Source of the DNA: a virus
Virus record (IMG/VR): IMGVR_UViG_3300038321_000136
Span: 1-36,681 of that record
DNA: 36,681 nt
Direction: 5' to 3' (one strand)
The position numbers and the translations under genes were made by a program. The notes under the pieces were generated by a model. It was not told where the DNA came from. It was given only the letters and a program-made list of their open reading frames with translations, and did no database searches. Shown here one piece after another: positions 7,440-14,541 of this stretch. Numbering within the stretch: the stretch's first letter is position 1; each line of letters opens with the position of its first letter.

Positions 7440-7822
7440 CATCGGCACCGCCTCCGGATCGATGCAGGCGGGATCGCCTCCGGGGTCGTTGGTGGATCGA
7501 AGACCTCTAGATTAAGGTGGATCGCCCAATCTCGCTCTAACCGCGCGCCTCTGCTCCCCTCCCATCCAGGTAGCAGCAATACGGCCACACCTGCATGAGA
7601 GAGAGCCCGGAGGATCGTCAGATCCCCGTCCAGCCACTCTTGGTGCGAGATATCCGGGCAAAAATCCTCGAAATGAGCGGTATTGAGGTGCGGCGTGAAC
7701 GGCATCCAGCCCTTCCGCGCCGCGCTGACCGCATGCGCCCGGGCGACGGCGATATTCTCCGCGACCGTCCGACCATTCCCGGCCGAGTAGGGGCCGCTGA
7801 TGTAGAGGATCGGGCGGGTCAC
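7439..7822 (-). CDS. DUF4406/DUF1937-like protein, paralogue of the junction-spanning gene at 1..325.
   Basis: GTG start forms a GTGA overlap. MTRPILYISGPYS...NIAVA...KGWMPFTPHLN...GDLTILR...LLLPGWEGSRGARLE aligns with the protein at 1..325. Confidence 0.65.
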   Translation of the reverse strand: MTRPILYISGPYSAGNGRTVAENIAVARAHAVSAARKGWMPFTPHLNTAHFEDFCPDISHQEWLDGDLTILRALSHAGVAVLLLPGWEGSRGARLERDWAIHLNLEVFDPPTTPEAIPPASIRRRCR

Positions 7823-7971
7823 GCGACCGCCCCCGGGTACCAGATCGCCAGGATTATCAACGACTGCCGGATATCCCGGGCCTTGACAAGTTCGCCTCGC
7901 TGCAGCGCCGCGTTGAGATCCTGGCGCAGGGTCTCGGCCCGGGCTCGGGCCTCATCGGGGATCGCGATCAT
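7819..7971 (-). CDS. Small hypothetical protein (50 aa), below the ORF-track size cutoff.
   Basis: ATG at 7971 forms a TGATG overlap upstream, and its TGA overlaps the downstream GTG. Translation is MIAIPDEARARAETLRQDLNAALQRGELVKARDIRQSLIILAIWYPGAVA. Confidence 0.35.
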   Translation of the reverse strand: MIAIPDEARARAETLRQDLNAALQRGELVKARDIRQSLIILAIWYPGAVA

Positions 7972-8357
7972 CACGATCCCTCCAGCGCCATCTGCTGACT
8001 CGTCGCGTCACTCAACTGTTCCGCGTCGGTGACGATCCGGGAGATCGTCGCCGCGTCGGATTTTTCCCGGGCGACGGCGATCATCTCGTCCCGACTCATC
8101 ACAAACGTCTCGTTCGGCGTCCAGAACTTGAGCCCGCGACCGGAGCGCGACCGGCGGAGGGTCAACTGAGTCTCGACGTCTACGTACCTCCCGGCCGTCC
8201 CGGGATATCTGCGTGACACCGGGGCGCAGTTGGCTCTCCGGGAGGTCAACGCCGCCAGGTGGTGCGGCGGGACAACGTAAGTGTCGTCGCCGATCTCCAG
8301 CAGCAACCCCTTGGTCAGCCGGTCATACGTCGCCGTGCCGGCAGGTCGCAGGGTCAT
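7971..8357 (-). CDS. Hypothetical protein (128 aa).
   Basis: ATG at 8357 forms an ATGA overlap. The ORF sits in the coupled gene chain. Confidence 0.55.
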   Translation of the reverse strand: MTLRPAGTATYDRLTKGLLLEIGDDTYVVPPHHLAALTSRRANCAPVSRRYPGTAGRYVDVETQLTLRRSRSGRGLKFWTPNETFVMSRDEMIAVAREKSDAATISRIVTDAEQLSDATSQQMALEGS

Positions 8358-8629
8358 GACGACCCCTCCGCGCGGCAGAACTCAAGCAGTCCACGGACGG
8401 CGAATTTGTACCCGTCCGCCGAGGATCGAGAGCGGCACATCCGATTAACAAGTGCAACCGCCGCGTCCTCGTCGATCGGGATCTCGCGGATCCCGAGGAT
8501 GGTCGTCAGGCGACGTACCCCAGAAACCATACTCTTGATCGTTGACGCCGCGTAACAGCCCCTGCCCTGCAGATACGTCTCGTAGTCGTGGAGGAGCCTG
8601 CAGGTGATCTCGATGGCCTGCATACTCAT
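8354..8629 (-). CDS. Small protein (91 aa) resembling the N-terminal SAM-like/core-binding domain of tyrosine recombinases. It has no catalytic domain.
   Basis: ATGA overlap. LLHDYETYLQGRGCYAASTIKSMVSGVRRLTTILG...YKFAVRGLLEFCRAEG follows the integrase N-terminal helix pattern. The family call is weak. Confidence 0.45.
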   Translation of the reverse strand: MSMQAIEITCRLLHDYETYLQGRGCYAASTIKSMVSGVRRLTTILGIREIPIDEDAAVALVNRMCRSRSSADGYKFAVRGLLEFCRAEGSS

Positions 8630-9597
8630 GACGCCCTCCCGGCGCCGACCAGCACCAGCGACTCCGGCGGGAGCCAGATCCGATCGAAGGAGTTGTCCAG
8701 GGCGACGAGCATCTCCGGCGAGTCGGGGTCGTACTGCACCACCGTCCCTATCTGGCCTGCAAACTCCGGCAGGGATCTGATCTGGACTCGCGCCCCCGTC
8801 CAGGGGTAGGGGGGGGCGCCTGTGCTCCGGGGCTCGTCGTACTGGGTGACCGGGACGGTGTCGCCGGCGAAATCCGGGGCGGGAGTGGCCCCCCGCTGCG
8901 GCCGGATCTTTTGATAGTATCGGCTCTTGATCGCTGCATCAGTGCGGACGGAGCCAGGGTACGCGGCCCGGTAGAGTGCGACAGCCTCCGCCGGAGTGGT
9001 GGCCCCGCACATAGCCCTCTCCTGCTCCGGGGTCCACCCCCGAGCATCCAGACGCATCTCACCCACCAGGGGTGATGCCTCGTAGACTGGCTCCTCCTCC
9101 GGGACCGGTTCCGGGAACTCGGGTTCCGGCTCTACTACGTAGGTGTGGAGCCGCCCCGGGTCGGCGATCGCTGGCGTCTCCGTCTCGTAGACCGTATCTT
9201 GGGCGGCCATATCTGCGTCCTGCTCCTCCTGCTCGGCCTCGCAGGCGTCCCGCATCCGGGCGATCTCCTGCATCGCGGAGCAGGCATCCTTGACCGGGCA
9301 GATGATATCGGGGTTGTCGAGGTGCGGGCAGATCCCGTCGCCGTAGGGATAGGTGCACTGATAGGGGGCGCTGTCCTCACAGTGCACGCACGGGCCGCTC
9401 GTCTGCGGCCGGATGACTTGCCCTGGGACTCCCTGCTCAGGGACGGCTGCAACCGCCGAGGCTGCGTCCAGCACCCGCAAGACAAGCAGGTGGGCGATCT
9501 GCGGATTGACGTTCTGTAGGTGCACGGCGACATGGACCGACGCCAGCCCGGCATCGTCGACGTTGAGATGGTGCGTCTCCGAGTACGTCGGCGGCAT
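8626..9597 (-). CDS. Hypothetical protein (323 aa) with a Cys-rich segment, an acidic linker and a C-terminal SH3/KOW-like segment.
   Basis: ATG at 9597 forms a TGATG overlap. Notable segments are CVHCEDSAPYQCTYPYGDGICPHLDNPDIICP and the C-terminus GARVQIRSLPEFAGQIGTVVQYD. Confidence 0.6.
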   Translation of the reverse strand: MPPTYSETHHLNVDDAGLASVHVAVHLQNVNPQIAHLLVLRVLDAASAVAAVPEQGVPGQVIRPQTSGPCVHCEDSAPYQCTYPYGDGICPHLDNPDIICPVKDACSAMQEIARMRDACEAEQEEQDADMAAQDTVYETETPAIADPGRLHTYVVEPEPEFPEPVPEEEPVYEASPLVGEMRLDARGWTPEQERAMCGATTPAEAVALYRAAYPGSVRTDAAIKSRYYQKIRPQRGATPAPDFAGDTVPVTQYDEPRSTGAPPYPWTGARVQIRSLPEFAGQIGTVVQYDPDSPEMLVALDNSFDRIWLPPESLVLVGAGRAS

Positions 9598-10184
9598 CAG
9601 GAGACCCCCTGGCTCTTGACCATGCACGTCTTGCAGAGCGTTTTGTTCATGAACAGGTTCGAGAGTTTAGCTTGGTTCGACGGCACTGCCTCGCCACACT
9701 CCGCGCAGATGCCAAACCCCTCCGGAGGTGCACTGGGCGCAGAGGCCTCCGGCTCAGGCGGTGCACTCGGTCCGGGTTCTGGTGCAGATTCGGGCGGCTT
9801 GATGCACGTCCTGACCGCTGCCGCCGCCTGCTCTGCAGGAGTGGGCGCGGGCATCCGCTCGGGGAGCGGGGAGACCCGATCGAGGGTCACGGACGGAGAG
9901 GCCTTCGCGGGCTCCACGGGCGACGGGATCGAGGTCGGGGTCCCGACGTCCGGAACCTTGTCGAGCGGCGTCGAGGTGATCGCGGAGATCACCTGCCGCA
10001 CCGTGAGCCGATCCGCGTCGGAGGCGGAGTTGGTGTATTTGAGGAGTTTGCGGCCGAATATCACGACCGCATCGTCGATATCCCGCTCGGCCTCGACATG
10101 GCCGGTAACGGAAAACGTGATGGTGCTCCCGTTTTCCAACGGAAGCGTCGCCCCGAGGATGACCTCGGAAGGGGCAAAGCTCAT
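9597..10184 (-). CDS. Hypothetical protein (195 aa): N-terminal globular domain, a Pro/Ala/Ser/Glu linker and a C-terminal zinc ribbon.
   Basis: ATG at 10184 forms an ATGA overlap with the Bet stop. The C-terminus is CAECGEAVPSNQAKLSNLFMNKTLCKTC. Confidence 0.6.
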   Translation of the reverse strand: MSFAPSEVILGATLPLENGSTITFSVTGHVEAERDIDDAVVIFGRKLLKYTNSASDADRLTVRQVISAITSTPLDKVPDVGTPTSIPSPVEPAKASPSVTLDRVSPLPERMPAPTPAEQAAAAVRTCIKPPESAPEPGPSAPPEPEASAPSAPPEGFGICAECGEAVPSNQAKLSNLFMNKTLCKTCMVKSQGVS

Positions 10185-10861
10185 GCCTGCACCCCCCTTT
10201 GGGCGTTCCACCACTCGCTGAAATGCTCGATGCAGAGCACCCGGCCGGTGTGCGGCTTGGTCTTCTCGCGGATCTCCTCCGGCACCGGGACCCCGCACAC
10301 CTCGCATGTCGTCAGGGTCGCGGGCGGCACCTCGCCGATGAGGCGGGGTTCCGGTCGATCGCCGGTATCGATCTCCTCTGGGCTGTAGAGGCCGGAGATG
10401 CTGAACGCTCTGCGGAGGCACTGTGCCTCGGCGACCTTCTGGATCATGGTCCGGGGCTTGTCCTTCCAGAGGTTCTTGCCGGTGCTGTACTCGGACGCAT
10501 AGACGCGGACCTCGAAGGGGTGCGACATATCCTTGCGCCAGACCTTGCACCACCCGTAGAGCTGCCCCTCGGCATCCTTGTCCGCGCCCGCATCCATCCC
10601 GTCGAACACGCCGGAGCGGTGGGCGATAGCGAGGTAGCCGTCCCTGCCGCAGAAGATTTGAGCCGGAGAGTCCCCATACTTGACGAGCCAGATCTGCTTG
10701 CTGAAGGGGTCGAGTTGGTAGCGGTTGGCGAGTTCCATCATGACAAGGAACTCGTTGTCGGTCGCACCCTTCGCACACATATCGCGGATGAGCTGGAGTT
10801 TCTCGCGGTCGTAGGTTGCCGGGGGCGCCGCGTGGGTCGCGGCCGGTAGGTCTGACATCAC
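10181..10861 (-). CDS. Single-strand annealing protein, Bet/RecT family, with a C-terminal Cys/His extension.
   Basis: LQLIRDMCAKGATDNEFLVMMELANRYQLDPFSKQIWLVKYGD...IFCGRDGYLAIAHRSGVFDGM matches the phage Bet pattern. The start is GTG at 10861 or ATG at 10858, and both overlap the upstream stop. Confidence 0.8.
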   Translation of the reverse strand: MMSDLPAATHAAPPATYDREKLQLIRDMCAKGATDNEFLVMMELANRYQLDPFSKQIWLVKYGDSPAQIFCGRDGYLAIAHRSGVFDGMDAGADKDAEGQLYGWCKVWRKDMSHPFEVRVYASEYSTGKNLWKDKPRTMIQKVAEAQCLRRAFSISGLYSPEEIDTGDRPEPRLIGEVPPATLTTCEVCGVPVPEEIREKTKPHTGRVLCIEHFSEWWNAQRGVQA

Positions 10862-11232
10862 TCCACCTCCGGCGCATACGCGCTTGATAGGTCGATCGGC
10901 GCAACGGATGTGAACCGATCGCCAAGTGCATCCATCAGGATCAGGAGCGTCTTCTCGGGCTGCTCATCGCCGGACCGGACGAGCACCACTTTCTCGGAGC
11001 CGATCCGCTCCGCGAGGGCACATACCTCCTTGAGGCGGTCGAGTGAGTATCCCCCGATGATCTCTGGGGCGTCTGGCGAGAGCGTCCCGACTACGTGCCC
11101 GACGCCGACGGTGTTGCCGGCATTGGTGGCCACTGACACAAATTTGGCGTCGTCGATAACCCACGGCATCCCACAGCACCCGTGCAGATCGGCGGGGAGC
11201 AGGGCGTCGAGGTAACTAAAATCCTGCCGCAT
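10858..11232 (-). CDS. Hypothetical protein (124 aa).
   Basis: ATG at 11232 directly abuts the upstream TAG. Confidence 0.55.
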   Translation of the reverse strand: MRQDFSYLDALLPADLHGCCGMPWVIDDAKFVSVATNAGNTVGVGHVVGTLSPDAPEIIGGYSLDRLKEVCALAERIGSEKVVLVRSGDEQPEKTLLILMDALGDRFTSVAPIDLSSAYAPEVE

Positions 11233-11526
11233 CTACTCCACCTCCACAGGGCACACCACGATGCAACCGAGTTGCCGGTCACCAAACCGCGCCTCGCCGT
11301 CGAGACCGATCAGGAGCAGGTGCGTGAGCGAGTCATGCTCGATGCAGCCGACCTCGACGTCATCGTAGCCGCACGCCCGCAGCGCCTGGAGCGCCCGGAT
11401 GACAACATCGATCCGATACTCGCCGACGTGGTGCGGGATGTCGCCGTCCTCGAACACGGCGACGTAGAACGCGCCTGCAGGAGTCTCGGAGTCTGCGAAG
11501 GTGCCGCAGGGGAGAGCGGGGATCAT
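11233..11526 (-). CDS. Hypothetical protein (97 aa).
   Basis: ATG at 11526 forms an ATGA overlap. Confidence 0.5.
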   Translation of the reverse strand: MIPALPCGTFADSETPAGAFYVAVFEDGDIPHHVGEYRIDVVIRALQALRACGYDDVEVGCIEHDSLTHLLLIGLDGEARFGDRQLGCIVVCPVEVE

Positions 11527-11711
11527 GGAGATTCCTCCATCTTCCGCTGCGCGAACGACCGCACCATGAACGCATTGTCGATCCGGCGCATGAAGTCCTC
11601 CGGGTTGGCAAAATCCCCGTAGACCTTCACCGCGCCACCCTTGCCGGGAGTGCCGATCTCGACGCTGTCCTTCTGCGCGTCGATGTGGCGGTGGATGATC
11701 TCCTCGGTCAT
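11523..11711 (-). CDS. Hypothetical protein (62 aa).
   Basis: Internal ATG at 11711 forms a TGATG overlap. Translation begins MTEEIIHRHIDAQKDSVEIGTPGKGGAVKVYGDF... Confidence 0.45.
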   Translation of the reverse strand: MTEEIIHRHIDAQKDSVEIGTPGKGGAVKVYGDFANPEDFMRRIDNAFMVRSFAQRKMEESP

Positions 11712-12055
11712 CAGCACCGCCCCCGCTCGGCCTGCATCTCCGCGAGCACGCTCACCGGGAGGTCCTCGACGTGTCGGACCCGGTGGACCCGGCACTGCCT
11801 GGCCTGCTCCGCGGCTCGCTCCTCGCGCATCGCATCGGCGCAGGCAGGGCAGATATCGATGCTCTGTGTCTCGGCACCGCAGGAGCGGCAGGAAGTTGTC
11901 TCGCGGTCCACCCGGCCCGGGAGCCCTGCCTCGCGGGATGCGTGGCTCTGGGCCGAAACAATTATGCTGCTAAAAGCAGTACTCTGGATGCCGGTTCCCG
12001 CCGCAGGCTTGCAGGCAGTGGCGCAGGGGCCGGCGTTGTTGATCTGTTCTAACAT
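11711..12055 (-). CDS. Cys-rich hypothetical protein (about 114 aa). The alternative start is GTG at 12067.
   Basis: Translation runs MLEQINNAGPCATACKP...CRSCGAETQSIDICPACADAMREE. Confidence 0.5.
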   Translation of the reverse strand: MLEQINNAGPCATACKPAAGTGIQSTAFSSIIVSAQSHASREAGLPGRVDRETTSCRSCGAETQSIDICPACADAMREERAAEQARQCRVHRVRHVEDLPVSVLAEMQAERGRC

Positions 12056-12210
12056 AGTTTCACACACTCCAGGCCGAGATAGTCTCGGAGGGCCTGTCTC
12101 ACCAGGTCCGCCTCGCTGATTCCGGCGGTAGAGGCGGTGTAGGTGAATTTGTCTGCAAGTTCGCCGGTCAATACGGCCTGCGCGACCTTGCGTGTCTCTT
12201 GAGTTTCCAT
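12049..12210 (-). CDS. Ribbon-helix-helix (CopG/Arc-like) transcriptional regulator, 53 aa. It is the first gene of the early operon and is below the ORF-track cutoff.
   Basis: ATG at 12210. Translation is METQETRKVAQAVLTGELADKFTYTASTAGISEADLVRQALRDYLGLECVKLC. The ...SEADLVRQALRDYL helix is typical of RHH proteins. A TATA box lies about 35 nt upstream. Confidence 0.55.
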   Translation of the reverse strand: METQETRKVAQAVLTGELADKFTYTASTAGISEADLVRQALRDYLGLECVKLC

Positions 12211-12275
12211 TTGCCTCACATACATTACTTTGATGTATTGGTATATATATTTTACATTAAACTACATTAAACCAA
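12211..12275 (-). promoter_or_regulatory. AT-rich promoter/operator region of the early operon.
   Basis: GTATATATA lies at 12241-12249. A perfect tandem repeat TACATTAAAC x2 lies at 12253-12272. A further TACATTA lies at 12221-12227, opposed by GATGTATTG. Confidence 0.55.
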
Positions 12276-12642
12276 TTCTGAAAAAGAGGGGTAAAGAAGA
12301 TTGTATGGTGTGAGAACGTGCAGTAGGGGCGGATCTATTTGTTCGCGGCGAACAGGGCGAACACGTCGCGCGCACCTTTGTTTATCATCCCGCACAACGC
12401 CGCCATTTTTACCTCGCAATCGGTGTGCCGCCGGGCTTCGGGGTGCGTCAGTAGATCGCGCCGAGTGTTTTCGAGCAGTTCACTGCCCTCGTGCGCTCCC
12501 TTCTTCCAATGACCCTCTGCTTTTCGTACAGAAAGCCCTAGGGGATGTCGGGTTTCGTGAGGGTTTCGGTACTCAAAAGAGGGTCATCGGGCAGGTCGAG
12601 CAAGATCACCGCGACCCGCTTCCCCGCTAGCGAGCGGGTTGC

Positions 12643-12996
12643 TCACAGCCTCGCCTCCTCCACCGTGTCCGGCTCCGGGTGCCAGACGCGCGTCGCGTCC
12701 GCGAGTTCCTCGGCATAGTCATCATCGACCGTCGCCTCGTGCCAGCCGTGCCGGTCGCCGTAGACCTCCAGCCGCATCTCGCCGGCATAGCCGATCTCCG
12801 CACTCAGCAGGGACGGCGACACCATGCGGCCGTCCGGGAGCCGGAGCACGAGTTCTTCTACGATGATCCGGCCGACGTCATCAACGTGGACGCTCGCGGA
12901 CGAGATCGTCGCGTGCTCCAGGTCCTCGCGGATGATCTGCTCCAGGCGGCGGCAGGCGTCGCCGGTGAGCGTTGTGGGTAGGGGGTTGCTTGTCAT
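12643..12996 (-). CDS. Hypothetical acidic protein (117 aa).
   Basis: Internal ATG at 12996 lies 5 nt after the upstream stop. Translation begins MTSNPLPTTLTGDACRRLEQIIREDLEH.... The longer ORF-track N-terminus is Arg/Gly-rich and implausible. Confidence 0.55.
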   Translation of the reverse strand: MTSNPLPTTLTGDACRRLEQIIREDLEHATISSASVHVDDVGRIIVEELVLRLPDGRMVSPSLLSAEIGYAGEMRLEVYGDRHGWHEATVDDDYAEELADATRVWHPEPDTVEEARL

Positions 12997-13001
12997 GAAG
13001 C

Positions 13002-13394
13002 TCACCAGAGTTTGCAGAGCACCCGGGCGTCCGCGATGATCTGCTCGTTGTGCTGACTCCCAGAGATCACGGAATCCTCTCCCACGCCCCGGTCCTCCCC
13101 TACGATGATGTACGCGTGCCCGAACCCATAATCCTCTCTCTGGGCGATCTGCATTACATCCTCCATTGTCAGCCACTCGTTCGGAGCATCCACCAGCACC
13201 TCCCCGGCATCGTCGTACTCAATCCCCCACCCGATACCGAGCGAGCAGGTGCCCGGGAGGGCGCGATCAGTCCGAACCCCATCGACCCAGTCGTGCGAGC
13301 GAGGTACTTTCGCCCCCACTTTGAACTCTCGGCTGTCGTACCTGATCCCCACTGCACTGATCCAGTATTCTTTTCCCTTGATGGTTATCTGCAT
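13002..13394 (-). CDS. Hypothetical protein (130 aa).
   Basis: ATG at 13394 is preceded by GGTGAAGTGAG (SD-like) and by promoter cassette B. Confidence 0.6.
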   Translation of the reverse strand: MQITIKGKEYWISAVGIRYDSREFKVGAKVPRSHDWVDGVRTDRALPGTCSLGIGWGIEYDDAGEVLVDAPNEWLTMEDVMQIAQREDYGFGHAYIIVGEDRGVGEDSVISGSQHNEQIIADARVLCKLW

Positions 13395-13443
13395 CTCACT
13401 TCACCCGTTACAATACATACATTATACGTATGCGTATATATAG
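13395..13443 (-). promoter_or_regulatory. Promoter/operator cassette B.
   Basis: ACTTCACCCGTTACAATACATACATTATACGTATGCGTATATATA at 13398-13442 is nearly identical to 14481-14525. It contains the palindrome ATACGTAT and a GTATATATA box at 13434-13442. Confidence 0.6.
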
Positions 13444-13596
13444 TTATGGGTCGATCCTCACGATCTTAACCCGCTTGTTTCCCCACTCCAGCGGGAGGTA
13501 GAGCGTCGCGCTGCTCTGCCGGGAGTATGCCCGGGGGACGCGCTCCAGGACCTCATACCCCTCGATCTCGTAGCGGTCGGGAGTGTCGGGAGCCAT
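13444..13596 (-). CDS. Small AbrB/SpoVT-like (DUF2080-like) protein, 50 aa, below the ORF-track cutoff.
   Basis: ATG at 13596 shares one base with the upstream TAA. Translation is MAPDTPDRYEIEGYEVLERVPRAYSRQSSATLYLPLEWGNKRVKIVRIDP. The C-terminal GNKRVKIV motif is shared with the plus-strand miniprotein at 14542. Confidence 0.5.
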   Translation of the reverse strand: MAPDTPDRYEIEGYEVLERVPRAYSRQSSATLYLPLEWGNKRVKIVRIDP

Positions 13597-14477
13597 TACT
13601 GACCCCCGGGTAGCGCAGCGAGTTCGCTCGCCAGCCTGCGCAGTTCGGCCGTCAGCGGAGACGGGGCCGGGACGCGGTGGCCGATCGCACCCGCCCCGCC
13701 CGTGCGGACGTTGTTGAGGCTCCAGTTGTCCCCATCCATACCGTTGTTTTGGACGTACCAGAGGAATTCCTGCCCGAGGACAAACCAGTCGCCGCTCCCG
13801 TACATATCCTGGGTGTCAAATAGTCTGTCACCGACGGGATCGTTGAGACCCTCCGGCCTCTCCCCGGTCTCGCGGACCTCATGAGCGATCTCCTTTACCC
13901 GCTGGACGATCACGCGCCTGCGGGCCAGGGCGGGGTCATCCCGGCGGCGCTTCGCGGCCTCCCGCTGACCCGCAACAGTCCGGTCGCCGGTGATGCCGAG
14001 AGCTCCCTCAACCTCGCGCGGGTAAAACGTCACCCATCCGAGGTTGTGATCATCGGCGTCCATCCCCATCGAGTCCTCGGTCGTGACGTAGAGCATGTAG
14101 CGGGCAATTTTTGCCCACTCGGACCGCTCGATCCTGGTGGTGAGCCGGTAGGCCGTCCCGAAATCCTCGGTCATGCCGGCCGGCACCAGGCGGAGGTTCT
14201 CCCGAGCCTGCCGCGCCTTTTCCTCGACCTCGGCTTTGTGGTCCGCGGGGCTCCGGATTATCGGCAGAGTCTTGCCGCACTTGGGGCAGACCGCGCCGAC
14301 ACCCTCGACTGCATCCATCACAGTTGCGGTCTCTTTGGTCGTGCCGGTGCAGCTGCACATGATAGGCTGGTTATTTTTCACACGGGCGGGGCCGTAGAAC
14401 TGCCCCCCTATGAGTTCCACTTCCACTTCTGCCCCCGCGGGGGTCTTGAGGATGTAGAGTCTGTCGAAGAGGTCCAT
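13596..14477 (-). CDS. Hypothetical protein (293 aa) with an N-terminal zinc ribbon.
   Basis: ATG at 14477 is preceded by GGTGAAGT and by promoter cassette C. The zinc ribbon reads CSCTGTTKET...CPKCGK. Confidence 0.65.
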   Translation of the reverse strand: MDLFDRLYILKTPAGAEVEVELIGGQFYGPARVKNNQPIMCSCTGTTKETATVMDAVEGVGAVCPKCGKTLPIIRSPADHKAEVEEKARQARENLRLVPAGMTEDFGTAYRLTTRIERSEWAKIARYMLYVTTEDSMGMDADDHNLGWVTFYPREVEGALGITGDRTVAGQREAAKRRRDDPALARRRVIVQRVKEIAHEVRETGERPEGLNDPVGDRLFDTQDMYGSGDWFVLGQEFLWYVQNNGMDGDNWSLNNVRTGGAGAIGHRVPAPSPLTAELRRLASELAALPGGQ

Positions 14478-14541
14478 TTTACTTCACCTGTTACAATACA
14501 TACATTATACGTATTAGTATATATAACTTTACACACATGCC
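14478..14541. promoter_or_regulatory. Promoter/operator cassette C, probably bidirectional.
   Basis: 14481-14525 nearly duplicates 13398-13442. The single GTATATATA box at 14517-14525 lies about 44 nt from the minus-strand ATG at 14477 and about 20 nt from the plus-strand GTG at 14542. Confidence 0.55.

Noticed and set aside
12511-12585. An 8-bp long-range complement (GACCCTCT with AGAGGGTC) plus an inner 5-bp hairpin, read as evidence for a structured RNA.
   Set aside because: One 8-mer complement within about 340 bp is roughly what chance predicts. Without covariation it is not evidence of structure.
12301-12630. The 109-aa plus-strand ORF with a GAGGGGT-like ribosome-binding site 8 nt upstream of its TTG start.
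   Set aside because: The product is Arg/Cys-rich and low in complexity. Third-position GC is unbiased, unlike genuine genes here, and the start is TTG. The region is treated as non-coding pending transcript data.
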